The notes beneath the pieces were generated by a model. That model was not told the origin of the DNA. It searched no databases and saw only the letters and a program-made list of their open reading frames with translations. Both the position numbers and the translations under genes were made by a program. A DNA stretch of 64,000 nucleotides from an uncultured Candidatus Saccharibacteria bacterium (GTDB taxonomy: Bacteria; Patescibacteriota; Saccharimonadia; Saccharimonadales; CAYZZS01), in contig CAYZZS010000004.1 of assembly GCA_964483035.1 (NCBI GenBank), positions 10,081-74,080 of the forward strand. Direction: 5' to 3'. This document shows, in pieces, positions 9,106-17,689 of this stretch. Every line of letters begins with the position of its first letter. The first letter of the stretch is position 1.

Positions 9106-9195
9106 AAAATAAAAAACGACCCCCGATGAGGGTCGTGAAATAGAAAAAACGCGCCCCAAGGCGGGAATCGCGTTTTATATGCTCACATTATACCA
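9106..9195 (-). promoter_or_regulatory. Cassette copy 2: extended -10 box followed by two tandem intrinsic terminators
   Basis: The minus strand reads TGGTATAAT-GTGAGCATAT-AAAACGCGATTCCCGCCTTGGGGCGCG-TTTTTTCTATTT, then CACGACCCTCATCGGGGGTCG-TTTTTTATTTT. Confidence 0.55.
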
Positions 9196-9201
9196 TATTT
9201 A

Positions 9202-9390
9202 TCAGTAGTCTACGATGCTTCCATCGTCGTCATAATGAGTTGAGTAGTAATCCTCATAGCTTTTAACTACCTCCGGTAGAGCCTTGCCCTTATCGGTAAG
9301 CTTCAATCCCTTGGCAAGATCATCATAGTCACGATAGTACCACTCTTTGTTGGTCATGAAGTACGGTGTGGACATGTCTGTATCCATCAT
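9202..9390 (-). CDS. Small acidic hypothetical protein
   Basis: I trimmed the start to the ATG at 9390, which overlaps the MuF stop as ATGA. The product is 62 aa, beginning MMDTDMSTPYFMTNKEWYY. Confidence 0.5.
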   Translation of the reverse strand: MMDTDMSTPYFMTNKEWYYRDYDDLAKGLKLTDKGKALPEVVKSYEDYYSTHYDDDGSIVDY

Positions 9391-11009
9391 TTCAGTCTTT
9401 CTGCTAGATACTGGCCCATTGCTTTTGCCCATATAGTCCTGCCTCCTAAACGATAGCTCACAAAGGCTTCTGCGAAGAACTCACGCGGATTGCGCATACC
9501 ATAATCGGACATTTCACCCAGTAGCGTGGCTCTCGATTTGCCAGAAATACCTTCTGCAATACCTATTATGTCATTTTGAATACTCCTTGCCAACTTGTCA
9601 CTCATAACATCCTTACCCATTAGATGGTTTTCTATGACATGCCCCATCTCGTGAGTGGCAGTATAGCGAGTATATTTTCGCTTAGGCACTTTCATCTTGA
9701 AGCCATTACTGATTTCATTGGCTAAGGAGCCAATATATGACTGCTTGTCTCTAAGGTGCTGCGTAGACAGCATAATGACAGCATTATTTCGCTGCGTCGC
9801 ACCCTTAGCCTGCATATTGCTTGCCTTCAACTCTATGCCATTCGGCCCTAAGCCTTTGCGTAATGATGGATAATCTTCAAGTATGCTATTTATTTCGGCG
9901 ACACTATCTCTGAATATAGTGCTATCAAGTCTTGCCGTTGTTATTGCATTGTATTTTAGTCCTGAATTAAGCATAACGATTGCACCTGACGTACTGGCCG
10001 CCATACCTGCCGATGAACTTTCTGCCATTCGTTCGCGCCACTGGTCGTAGCTGATATTGCCGATGTAGCGGTTTCTGCCAGTATTAGGGTCGCGCATGAT
10101 TCGCGCATCGGGTTCATACTCTTCGCCTAAGTACGCCCGTGTTGTAGAGCGGCAGTTAGGGTGCTGTGGGGGGTAGTTTTCACTACTGGTAACTGGAAAG
10201 CGGTTGCCATCGAGTGCTTGGCAAATTGAGCTGGTTCTAGTGTCAAGTGTGGCAACATAAACAAACTCTTTTATGCCAATACCTTTGTAGCTCTCAATCG
10301 AGGCGAGCGTATTAAAGTGGTTAGTCTCTGTCCTGACTAATCGGGCAGCCTGAAATCGGGTCACATTATAGCGATCTTTGAGTTGCTTTATTGTGCGACT
10401 ATGGCTTTGCCCTGTGATTACGGCTACAGCTAGATCATTTTTTAACCCACTGGCTAGCAATTCACTGTTTTTCCATATTCTCTTTGAGTAGTTCTGGCCG
10501 TGAAACTTGGTTTTGAGAATACGGTTAACGGCTCTGGTGTTGATCTGTGCGAAAGCTGGCGCAACACCCGTGCCTTTGGATAGGTTATACATGGCATAGT
10601 TGTAGGCCGTGTTGATTGTCTGGCGGTGGGCATTAGTCTGAATTGCAAGGTGTAATTGAGCGGCTTTTTTCGACTCTAGCCACATTTGGGCTTCTAGAAG
10701 TTCTAGGCGGGATAATCTGAAGCCGTAGCCCTCTGGCAGCTCGGCAATCAGTCCGGCAGCTCTTACGGCCTCCTGAAAGCGCAATATATCGCCGCTAGGA
10801 GCTATTTGCCGGAGTTTCTGCACATCCCAGCCGTTTTTCTTGTAGGCGGCTTCATAGAGCTTAAAGACTGCTGCTAAGTTCGCTCGTCTGGCGTCGAGGT
10901 AAATGCGGTCAATGGCTCTGAGGTGCGGCAAGGCTTGCTGTTCAACGTAGGCAAGCTGTTCGGCTGCCCGCTTATCCCAATAGGCGTTAGTTCGTTTTCG
11001 GAAAGCCAT
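9387..11009 (-). CDS. Minor head protein (MuF / SPP1 gp7-like) fused to a C-terminal HExxH metallopeptidase-like domain
   Basis: The MuF-like motif is TLDTRTSSICQALDGNRFPV...PPQHPNCRSTT. The C-terminal part carries TATHEMGHVIENH and PREFFAEAFVSY. Confidence 0.75.
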   Translation of the reverse strand: MAFRKRTNAYWDKRAAEQLAYVEQQALPHLRAIDRIYLDARRANLAAVFKLYEAAYKKNGWDVQKLRQIAPSGDILRFQEAVRAAGLIAELPEGYGFRLSRLELLEAQMWLESKKAAQLHLAIQTNAHRQTINTAYNYAMYNLSKGTGVAPAFAQINTRAVNRILKTKFHGQNYSKRIWKNSELLASGLKNDLAVAVITGQSHSRTIKQLKDRYNVTRFQAARLVRTETNHFNTLASIESYKGIGIKEFVYVATLDTRTSSICQALDGNRFPVTSSENYPPQHPNCRSTTRAYLGEEYEPDARIMRDPNTGRNRYIGNISYDQWRERMAESSSAGMAASTSGAIVMLNSGLKYNAITTARLDSTIFRDSVAEINSILEDYPSLRKGLGPNGIELKASNMQAKGATQRNNAVIMLSTQHLRDKQSYIGSLANEISNGFKMKVPKRKYTRYTATHEMGHVIENHLMGKDVMSDKLARSIQNDIIGIAEGISGKSRATLLGEMSDYGMRNPREFFAEAFVSYRLGGRTIWAKAMGQYLAERLK

Positions 11010-12568
11010 TAGCGCACCTCTATGTCTATAGTCATCGCGGCATCTTCAACGACTAATCCGGTAATTGTCTCACGGACTTCAATATCGGTTATTTGCTCTG
11101 TTGCTATAAGGTCGACTACCGAGTCTCCTACCTCCAGCTCAATATCCCTCTTTTGGATTTCCAGCTCGATAGTGTTGATGTCGATACCAGACAAGAAATG
11201 AAGTGTCGCTTCGTCTAGAGTAGAGGATGAGAAACTATTATGTATCTGTATATAATGTCTCTGGGTAAGGAGCAGTCGCTCAAGGCCGCTTACTGAAGAT
11301 ACCTTTTGCACGGTTAGCAATGCAGACTGACTAAGCGCCACAGCGCTCAAATCTGTTTCAGAGGACAGACTGGTAACTGTTAGTATAAAGCCCTGCGACA
11401 GATTGGCTTCGTTAAGTCTCGCGGCAGAGGTTAGGTCGCCAATGCTCAGGATGTGCTTTTGCGACAGGTTTGTACTGTCTATGGTTGTCGCTGACGTAAT
11501 GCCCTGCACGCTTAGCGGAGTTTCGGTTGCAAGTTCTATGGAGCCTAAGCTACCGCTAGATGATGCCGATTGTATGGTCAGGCCAGTCTGCGTGTCTAAC
11601 GTCAGGCTACCCAGGTTCGCTTCGCTTACTACATCATTTGTAGTGAGGCTGTATGATGCCTCTATTTGTACAGCTTCTAGCTCACTCGTTGAAGTGATAG
11701 TATCCACGATTAAAGTGACAGAGTGACTTAGCTCGATCGTACCCAGGTGAGCGGTAGAGGCAAGCCCTTGCGCTACAAGCTGGTGGCTCTGGGTTAGCGC
11801 GCTGGCTTCTAGCGCACTGGTGGTGGACATATTCTGGACTTCTAGTATGTGTTTCTGGACGAGCGGAATAGTTTCAAGCGAAGTGCTTGAAACCAGATCT
11901 TGTAGGGTGACAGCTCCGGCTTGGGTTAGTGCGAGGCTTGTTAAGGTCGATTCTGACGTAAGGCCGTTTACTGTCAGGCTGTGCTTTTGCGAGAGCGTAG
12001 CCGCGCTTAATGAAGCAGTAGAGGCTATGCCACTTACTGTTAGCGAGTGAGTTTGCGTCAGATTAGCGCTGCCTACCGCTGCTAGAGAGACAGCCCCTTG
12101 TACGGTGAGCGGCGTGTCGCTGGAGCCGTCGCCATACGTGGCGTAGATCGAGTACCGGAAGTTGTTATTCGTCGTACCGGAGGGGTCAGGGAAGTTGGCA
12201 GCATACGCGATTGCCCGAAAGCGACCGAGGCCCGCGGCGCTCTCACGCGCAATTGTGACGGCAAACGATCCATCAGCCCAGGCGAGTATGTAGTAGCTGC
12301 CTGCTGAGATAGTCGGTGGACTAGCGAAGTTGGCGGTATGCCACTGCGCGCCTGTCGGCAGCGAAATTTCTTCAGTCTGCGCTATCAACGCGTCCGTCAC
12401 GGCGTCGTAGAGAGCGAACTTAGCTTTACGGGCCGCATTGTTACTGTTCAAATACGCCGAGATGCTGGCAACCGTTCCCGCGTCCGCAGCGACCGGGCCT
12501 GCACCGAGAATGTTGCCGGACAGCTGACCGGTCGATCCCCCGACGGAGGTGTTACCGAAGGTTGCCAT
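11009..12568 (-). CDS. Virion-associated repeat protein (globular N-domain plus 13 x 22-aa Ser/Thr-rich repeats)
   Basis: 519 aa. From residue 170 I can lay out 13 consecutive 22-residue units, for example LTQTHSLTVSGIASTASLSAAT and LSQKHSLTVNGLTSESTLTSLA. Confidence 0.65.
   Translation of the reverse strand: MATFGNTSVGGSTGQLSGNILGAGPVAADAGTVASISAYLNSNNAARKAKFALYDAVTDALIAQTEEISLPTGAQWHTANFASPPTISAGSYYILAWADGSFAVTIARESAAGLGRFRAIAYAANFPDPSGTTNNNFRYSIYATYGDGSSDTPLTVQGAVSLAAVGSANLTQTHSLTVSGIASTASLSAATLSQKHSLTVNGLTSESTLTSLALTQAGAVTLQDLVSSTSLETIPLVQKHILEVQNMSTTSALEASALTQSHQLVAQGLASTAHLGTIELSHSVTLIVDTITSTSELEAVQIEASYSLTTNDVVSEANLGSLTLDTQTGLTIQSASSSGSLGSIELATETPLSVQGITSATTIDSTNLSQKHILSIGDLTSAARLNEANLSQGFILTVTSLSSETDLSAVALSQSALLTVQKVSSVSGLERLLLTQRHYIQIHNSFSSSTLDEATLHFLSGIDINTIELEIQKRDIELEVGDSVVDLIATEQITDIEVRETITGLVVEDAAMTIDIEVR
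11204..12061 (-). repeat. Tandem 66-bp (22-codon) degenerate coding repeats, about 13 copies
   Basis: The period was read from the translated protein. The units conserve L-[ST]-Q-x-H-x-L-x-V and a downstream S/T cluster. Confidence 0.7.
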
Positions 12569-12580
12569 CAGGTGGCCCGC

Positions 12581-12946
12581 CTAGCTTGCGTCTTGGATTT
12601 CGTATGCAAAGGCTGGTATCGAGACAGTGCCACCTTCTGTAAGCACCTGTGAGGTACAGGTAGTGACCAGAATGAGATTAGTGCTGTCACAGATAGCTAC
12701 GTGGGTAGCTGTGCCGCTATCGTCAATTTCAATGTCATTCTGTGCGCTGATAGTTACTTTTCTGCCTGACACGTCACCGTCGCCCTTGGTGAAGTCGCTT
12801 CCGTCTATAACGACATCCGCAAGCTTGTAAGTCGTGACCGCTTCTGTGCGATTCGTAGGCTCTGCGGAGCATACTGTTAGTATTGTTCCTTTTGCAATCT
12901 CATCTAATGCTGCGTCGAGGACTGCATCTGCTACATATTTTCCCAT
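12581..12946 (-). CDS. Hypothetical virion-module protein
   Basis: 121-aa ORF between portal and MuF. I recognise no motif. Confidence 0.45.
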   Translation of the reverse strand: MGKYVADAVLDAALDEIAKGTILTVCSAEPTNRTEAVTTYKLADVVIDGSDFTKGDGDVSGRKVTISAQNDIEIDDSGTATHVAICDSTNLILVTTCTSQVLTEGGTVSIPAFAYEIQDAS

Positions 12947-13019
12947 TACTTCTTCCCCTTGATTGTTGCGTTTGTTTTTACTATTACGTTATGGATATTC
13001 AATTTTACATCTGCCATGT

Positions 13020-13367
13020 TTAACTCCTTGTTATGTCTGCTATTACAGTGATTTCTTCCCGTTTCCGGCTCAACTTGTTTGCCTCAGCATCGACCAACTG
13101 CACGTCAAACCAGTACGTTCCTGGGTCTACATTCTCAAAATCGGCAGGAGTGATTTTGAAGCGTACTATTCCCTTTTCCGGCTCTGGTATGTCCGTAATT
13201 ATTTTCTGGATGGCTGCGGTAGTGTCATCCGCAGGGTTTTTGCTCTTATTGAGCGTCAGGTAAGCAGTCGCTCCTGTAAGGTCATACAGAGAGCCGTCAA
13301 CTTTCTTGAACGTCACCTTTATCGTTCTTGAATCGCCGTGGATGAGTTCATTGTCTTTGAGTTCCAT
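13020..13367 (-). CDS. Hypothetical virion-module protein (possibly Ig-like or decoration-like)
   Basis: 115 aa with a beta-rich pattern (IKVTFKKVDGSLYDLTGATAYLTL...GTYWFDVQLVD). It is coupled to the portal stop. Confidence 0.4.
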   Translation of the reverse strand: MELKDNELIHGDSRTIKVTFKKVDGSLYDLTGATAYLTLNKSKNPADDTTAAIQKIITDIPEPEKGIVRFKITPADFENVDPGTYWFDVQLVDAEANKLSRKREEITVIADITRS

Positions 13368-14692
13368 TATTCATCATCCTCGTCAGATTCGTTAGTACCG
13401 AAGTTGCCCATCTTCATGCGTTCATCACGCTCTTTTTTAGCCTTTTCGACCACCTCAGAAGCGTCCTCAACAAATGACAGTTGCGCCACTAGGGTTTCGT
13501 CGTCTACTTTTCCGTCCAGATTGTTGATTATCTGCGAAGTCTCAAAGTCGTTCTTCGGCAGCGCTCTGCGGAATACTAACTTAATAGCGTCTACGTCTAC
13601 TTGGCTAATCTTGGACTTGTACTGAAGCATAGTCAGATACAGCTCTAGGCGATTGCGGAGTCCAGTTGCCAGTAAGCGTTCCTTTTTCTTGACGTTCTGC
13701 TCAAAGGCTAGGAGTTTATACAGAATCGACACGCCAGATGGTGCATTGCCAAAGGTTTCATCTGTAAGATCAGGCGTCTTGGAGAACTTGTGTATATCGG
13801 CGGCTATGGTCTTGCGCAGGACGTCAGCATCAGCTTCATCGATGTTCTTGATGAGGTACTCGGCCTTAGAGCCTTCCGGCAAGCCAATAGTGCGATTTTT
13901 CTTTATACCTTCCTGATCTTCTTTCGTCAGCCTAGCGCCGTAAAACGCTAGTATTGCGTCTACCAGCTTCTCTCGGTCTAGTACTCGGTCAGATTGCAGA
14001 ATGTTGTATGCGTCTATCAAAGAAGTGACAGGCTCGTAGTCACCTTTCAGGCGGCGATTATTGAAATAGTGGATCACAGGCACTTCACCAAAGAAATGCT
14101 CTCTGTCGGGAGTATCGGGGACTTCCGTAAGGTCTGAGCCAGCTAGCCTACGGTGATGCACATGCGTTGGCGTCCAGATGGTTATGTCGTAATCGTCTTT
14201 GCTGTTGTTTATCTGGGCGTAGTACAGCGCTGCCATCTTTTCGTGCTTGAATGTGTCATCGTAAATAACGATGGTGTTGTAGACGCTTAGTTTAGAGCTG
14301 AGGATCTCGGAATCTTCATCAACGTAGACGGTCTCAAAAGCCTGTCCAAACATTGACAGATCTTCGGCTATGTCAGTATCTAGCTCCTCAATGCTCTGGG
14401 CTTTATAGGCGTCTATAAGAGGAGTGATGTCATCCTTGCCACCGGCTTTATAATCAACAGGGTTACCCACTAAATACCCAGTGTTGATAGAGGTGATGTA
14501 GTCAGCGAAGTTATGGATTGCCAGCAGCGGATTAGGGGATTGCCTGTCCATTTCTGGCTTGTCATCCATATACGATTCAAGACGCTTGAATATCTTGATG
14601 TTGTTCTTGTTGGCTTTTATCGCATCGGCGATGACTTCACCGTTTAGAATGTCGGTGTCTTTCGGTAGGGTGTATATGGTGCGCTTTTTCAT
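13367..14692 (-). CDS. Portal protein (SPP1 gp6-like)
   Basis: 441 aa, directly downstream of the large terminase, with an acidic C-terminus. Confidence 0.8.
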   Translation of the reverse strand: MKKRTIYTLPKDTDILNGEVIADAIKANKNNIKIFKRLESYMDDKPEMDRQSPNPLLAIHNFADYITSINTGYLVGNPVDYKAGGKDDITPLIDAYKAQSIEELDTDIAEDLSMFGQAFETVYVDEDSEILSSKLSVYNTIVIYDDTFKHEKMAALYYAQINNSKDDYDITIWTPTHVHHRRLAGSDLTEVPDTPDREHFFGEVPVIHYFNNRRLKGDYEPVTSLIDAYNILQSDRVLDREKLVDAILAFYGARLTKEDQEGIKKNRTIGLPEGSKAEYLIKNIDEADADVLRKTIAADIHKFSKTPDLTDETFGNAPSGVSILYKLLAFEQNVKKKERLLATGLRNRLELYLTMLQYKSKISQVDVDAIKLVFRRALPKNDFETSQIINNLDGKVDDETLVAQLSFVEDASEVVEKAKKERDERMKMGNFGTNESDEDDE

Positions 14693-14694
14693 GG

Positions 14695-14754
14695 CAAAAT
14701 AAAACGACCCCGCACAGATGTGCAGAGTCGCGTTTTACTGATTACATTATATCA
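14695..14754 (-). promoter_or_regulatory. Cassette copy 3: extended -10 box followed immediately by an intrinsic terminator
   Basis: The minus strand reads TGATATAAT-GTAATCAGT-AAAACGCGACTCTGCACATCTGTGCGGGGTCG-TTTTATTTT. The TGA is the terminase stop codon. Confidence 0.55.
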
Positions 14755-16014
14755 TAATTCGATAAAATGTATGCGCCTGTCGTCCACTTCCCTTGCGTAA
14801 CAAATAATCGCTGCATCAGCTAGGTCAGGTGATCTAAAGCCACGCTTTTTGTAATCATCCTTTGATTCGACCTTACGTTTGCCCTTGTTGTCCATCTTCC
14901 ATTGTCTTGTGGTGAGTTCCATTAACAGGTTAGTATCATGCGGCAATTCAGCCTCACGGATGACTTCGGCCATGTGAAACCACGCCTCACTAATCCAGTT
15001 GGGGTATTTATCATCATCAATCGCCTTAGCCCCGAAGTTCACCGCTTTGATGTTCTTATAGCCTCGGTTCATCATGTCGTCAGTCACGCCACCACCAACG
15101 CCAGTATCATCTATGCGGATTTCCAGCTCCTTATCAAAGCCAACAAAATCTTCTAATAAATCACAGGTTTCAGTCGTGCGCTTCTTGGTGTAGACCGTAT
15201 ACTTGATGGTCTTTAAGCCTTTACGCATCCAGAATACGATTCTATCGTCACCCATGCGGGCAATGTCAGCTCCGACAATCACCGCGCCATCGCCCTTAAC
15301 TTTGCGACTCATTGCCTCTAGTGCAGCAGTACGAGGGATTATAGCGGTATCTCCCTGGCTTACTGGTTCGCCAAGCCACTTATGGGCATAGAGTTCGGGG
15401 TCAGTTTTCTTGTCATGCTCCATCTCCTTGCGGAGCACATCAGGGAATATGCCATACTTTTCTGCAACGTCGTAATTCACCTTGAGAGAAAAAGTATCCT
15501 CTGGCGGATTCATGACGTATTTAACGTACACAGGGTCAAGCTCAGTCATTCGGTTGAATGTAAAAATAAGCTGCGAGCCGTCTTTTCTAACGGTAGGTGA
15601 TAGGATGTCTAGGCTTTCTTCGCTGACAGATTGCGCTTCTTCAACCCAGCAAATATCAATGCCCTCAAGGGACTTAACGCTTTGGGTCGTGCCTTTTTTC
15701 AGCCCCTTGAATATAAAGTTCGACCCCGTAACGGTGTTTATGATTGATGTATTTGTGTACTTAAAGTCTGTGAATTCATACAGCTCGATAATATCTTTAA
15801 GTAGCTGCATGCTGGAGTCATCTATAGAGTTCTGAAGCTCACGAGTACAGAGTATGCGAACCTTGTCTTTTCTAGCCCTTAGTATTAGCGATCTAGCCAC
15901 GCTATGCGATTTCGTGCTGCCTCGACCGCCATAGAAAACCAAATTACGCCACTTAGGGTTAAACAGTTCCTTAAACTCTGCTGGAATATCAACTATCGTT
16001 TCGCTGGTCGTCAT
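14752..16014 (-). CDS. Terminase large subunit
   Basis: 420 aa with the Walker A-like motif [12 protein letters not shown] and a C-terminal nuclease-type region. Confidence 0.85.
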   Translation of the reverse strand: MTTSETIVDIPAEFKELFNPKWRNLVFYGGRGSTKSHSVARSLILRARKDKVRILCTRELQNSIDDSSMQLLKDIIELYEFTDFKYTNTSIINTVTGSNFIFKGLKKGTTQSVKSLEGIDICWVEEAQSVSEESLDILSPTVRKDGSQLIFTFNRMTELDPVYVKYVMNPPEDTFSLKVNYDVAEKYGIFPDVLRKEMEHDKKTDPELYAHKWLGEPVSQGDTAIIPRTAALEAMSRKVKGDGAVIVGADIARMGDDRIVFWMRKGLKTIKYTVYTKKRTTETCDLLEDFVGFDKELEIRIDDTGVGGGVTDDMMNRGYKNIKAVNFGAKAIDDDKYPNWISEAWFHMAEVIREAELPHDTNLLMELTTRQWKMDNKGKRKVESKDDYKKRGFRSPDLADAAIICYAREVDDRRIHFIEL

Positions 16015-16405
16015 CTTCGCCCATAAACCTGACTAGCGCTGTTTTGAGTGGCTGATCGTCACTGGTCATATCGGTGCGGTCTTTCCAGCCAAAGCGATTC
16101 TTCATGTTCATGTACCAGCCGGTAAAGTTGAACTCTTTGTTGGTGAGGTTTGTTCGGCCTTTTCTGTGCCACCAAGCTTCAGCTAGCAATTTTCCGGTTT
16201 TTATGGTTTCCGAAAATTCTGGCTCTTCTAGCAGCCATCTATCCCATAAATCATTTGAAAAGCTACCACGCCACTCGTGTATTAGTGCCTTAATTTCTAC
16301 GTCAGACGCACCTTCTCTATACAAATTTAGTATGTTGTCATACCAGTTTTTGGGCAGAGAACTCAGGTCTTCTTTTGGTCGTCCTGGTTTAGAAATTCCT
16401 CCCAT
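15989..16405 (-). CDS. Terminase small subunit
   Basis: 138 aa containing [35 protein letters not shown] (HTH-like), immediately upstream of the large subunit. Confidence 0.65.
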   Translation of the reverse strand: MGGISKPGRPKEDLSSLPKNWYDNILNLYREGASDVEIKALIHEWRGSFSNDLWDRWLLEEPEFSETIKTGKLLAEAWWHRKGRTNLTNKEFNFTGWYMNMKNRFGWKDRTDMTSDDQPLKTALVRFMGEDDDQRNDS

Positions 16406-16506
16406 TCCTCATCGCTCCCATTCCGAATCAGCCACATGGGTATGACCTGCGTTTCGCCGTCCACCGTGATGTATAGAATGTCGTCTATTACTTCCACGGA
16501 AATCAT
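16363..16506 (-). CDS. Small hypothetical protein (47 aa, below the track cut-off)
   Basis: My own translation gives [47 protein letters not shown]. Confidence 0.35.
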   Translation of the reverse strand: MISVEVIDDILYITVDGETQVIPMWLIRNGSDEEWEEFLNQDDQKKT

Positions 16507-16520
16507 GGGTTGATAGTACT

Positions 16521-16742
16521 TTATTGCTGTTCATCTGTCACCTCTGGAGTATGAACATCACCGTTTAGCTGCTCGCCATTATATTCGACTTCCAGCTTTT
16601 CTTTTTTCACTCTAGGCCGATAAACCTTATATTCTCGCTTGAACAGAGTGAATGTCTTTTTGCCGGTCACATCTACTGTCTTGCCGTAAAGTCGTACTGT
16701 TTCGGTGCCATCTTCGTGCTTGGTTGGTGTTACTTTGTGCAT
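16521..16742 (-). CDS. Small hypothetical protein
   Basis: 73-aa ORF in the operon between the glycosyltransferases and terminase. Confidence 0.45.
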   Translation of the reverse strand: MHKVTPTKHEDGTETVRLYGKTVDVTGKKTFTLFKREYKVYRPRVKKEKLEVEYNGEQLNGDVHTPEVTDEQQ

Positions 16743-16743
16743 G

Positions 16744-16944
16744 TTAGTTCTCCTGTACGTTTACTTGCGCCAATGTATCAAGGTCATCGACAATCAGGCG
16801 GACACCGGCAGTTATTTGGCCTTCTGGGCTTATGTGAATAGTTACGTCCATAATATGTGAAAGTGGCAGCAATTTGCCGTCTACGATTATTTTGGTGTCT
16901 TTGGGGTTACCCGTACTGTTGGTGATTCTTACTACTCCGCTCAT
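16744..16944 (-). CDS. Small hypothetical protein
   Basis: 66-aa ORF, tightly packed against its neighbours. Confidence 0.45.
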   Translation of the reverse strand: MSGVVRITNSTGNPKDTKIIVDGKLLPLSHIMDVTIHISPEGQITAGVRLIVDDLDTLAQVNVQEN

Positions 16945-17105
16945 ACATCCTCCTCAAATTGTTCATAATGCCACGTTATAAATAAATCGTAGATGTAATC
17001 GTAATGGTCTTGGTAGTCCATCGGGTGTTCCATAAGCTTTTCCATGTTGTCTCTGACGAACTCGGCCACCTCATTGGCGATAAGCTCCGGTTTGACGATG
17101 TTCAT
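16941..17105 (-). CDS. Small acidic hypothetical protein
   Basis: I trimmed the start to the ATG at 17105 (MNIVKPELIANEV), which overlaps the GT2 stop as ATGA. Confidence 0.45.
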   Translation of the reverse strand: MNIVKPELIANEVAEFVRDNMEKLMEHPMDYQDHYDYIYDLFITWHYEQFEEDV

Positions 17106-17689
17106 ACCCGTACCCCCTTTTTGAAGTAATCCCACGTTAGACTGCCCACTCGTTTGTTGTAGTAGTAGGCATAAATATCGGTGAATTTGCATGTCGGGTT
17201 TTTAGCTAGAAGCTCCCGATGGACTTTTTGATCTTCGTGGATGCGTACAGGATCGGGGCGGATGTCGCCTAAAAACTCACGCCTGATAAACTTGCCGTTA
17301 CCAACCCATCTATTGACGTTCTCTTTGTATATTCTGCGCTTTCGTCCATCGCTATACTGGATGTTATAGAAGACCAAATCTTCTCCCTTGAGCTGGTTAA
17401 TGACTCTATTTACGTCTGGTAGGAAGTAATCATCGCTATCAAGCTGCACGATATAGTCTGCTGTGGCTTCATCCATGAGTCGAGCGAGTGAGTAGCCTAT
17501 ACCCATGTTTTCATCGTTAGATATAAGGGTAATGCTGCGATTGTCGGATAACTTCTCGATGACTTTTAGGGTGTTGTCGGTGCTAGCGTCGTCGCAGACT
17601 AGTACGTTGCAGTTTCTAGGTATGGAGTTGATAGCTTGCCTGATCAATTCCTCTTGGTTGTACACCGGTATGATTACGTCAACGGTCAT
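17102..17689 (-). CDS. Family-2 glycosyltransferase
   Basis: Contains VIIPVYNQEELIRQAINSI...VCDDASTDNT...QLDSDD, a GT-A fold with DxD-type motifs. Confidence 0.8.
   Translation of the reverse strand: MTVDVIIPVYNQEELIRQAINSIPRNCNVLVCDDASTDNTLKVIEKLSDNRSITLISNDENMGIGYSLARLMDEATADYIVQLDSDDYFLPDVNRVINQLKGEDLVFYNIQYSDGRKRRIYKENVNRWVGNGKFIRREFLGDIRPDPVRIHEDQKVHRELLAKNPTCKFTDIYAYYYNKRVGSLTWDYFKKGVRV

Noticed and set aside
11204-12061. The repeat region as a diversity-generating retroelement target, or as non-coding tandem repeats.
   Set aside because: The window has no reverse transcriptase and no template/variable repeat pair with A-specific differences. The repeats are in-frame 22-codon protein units.
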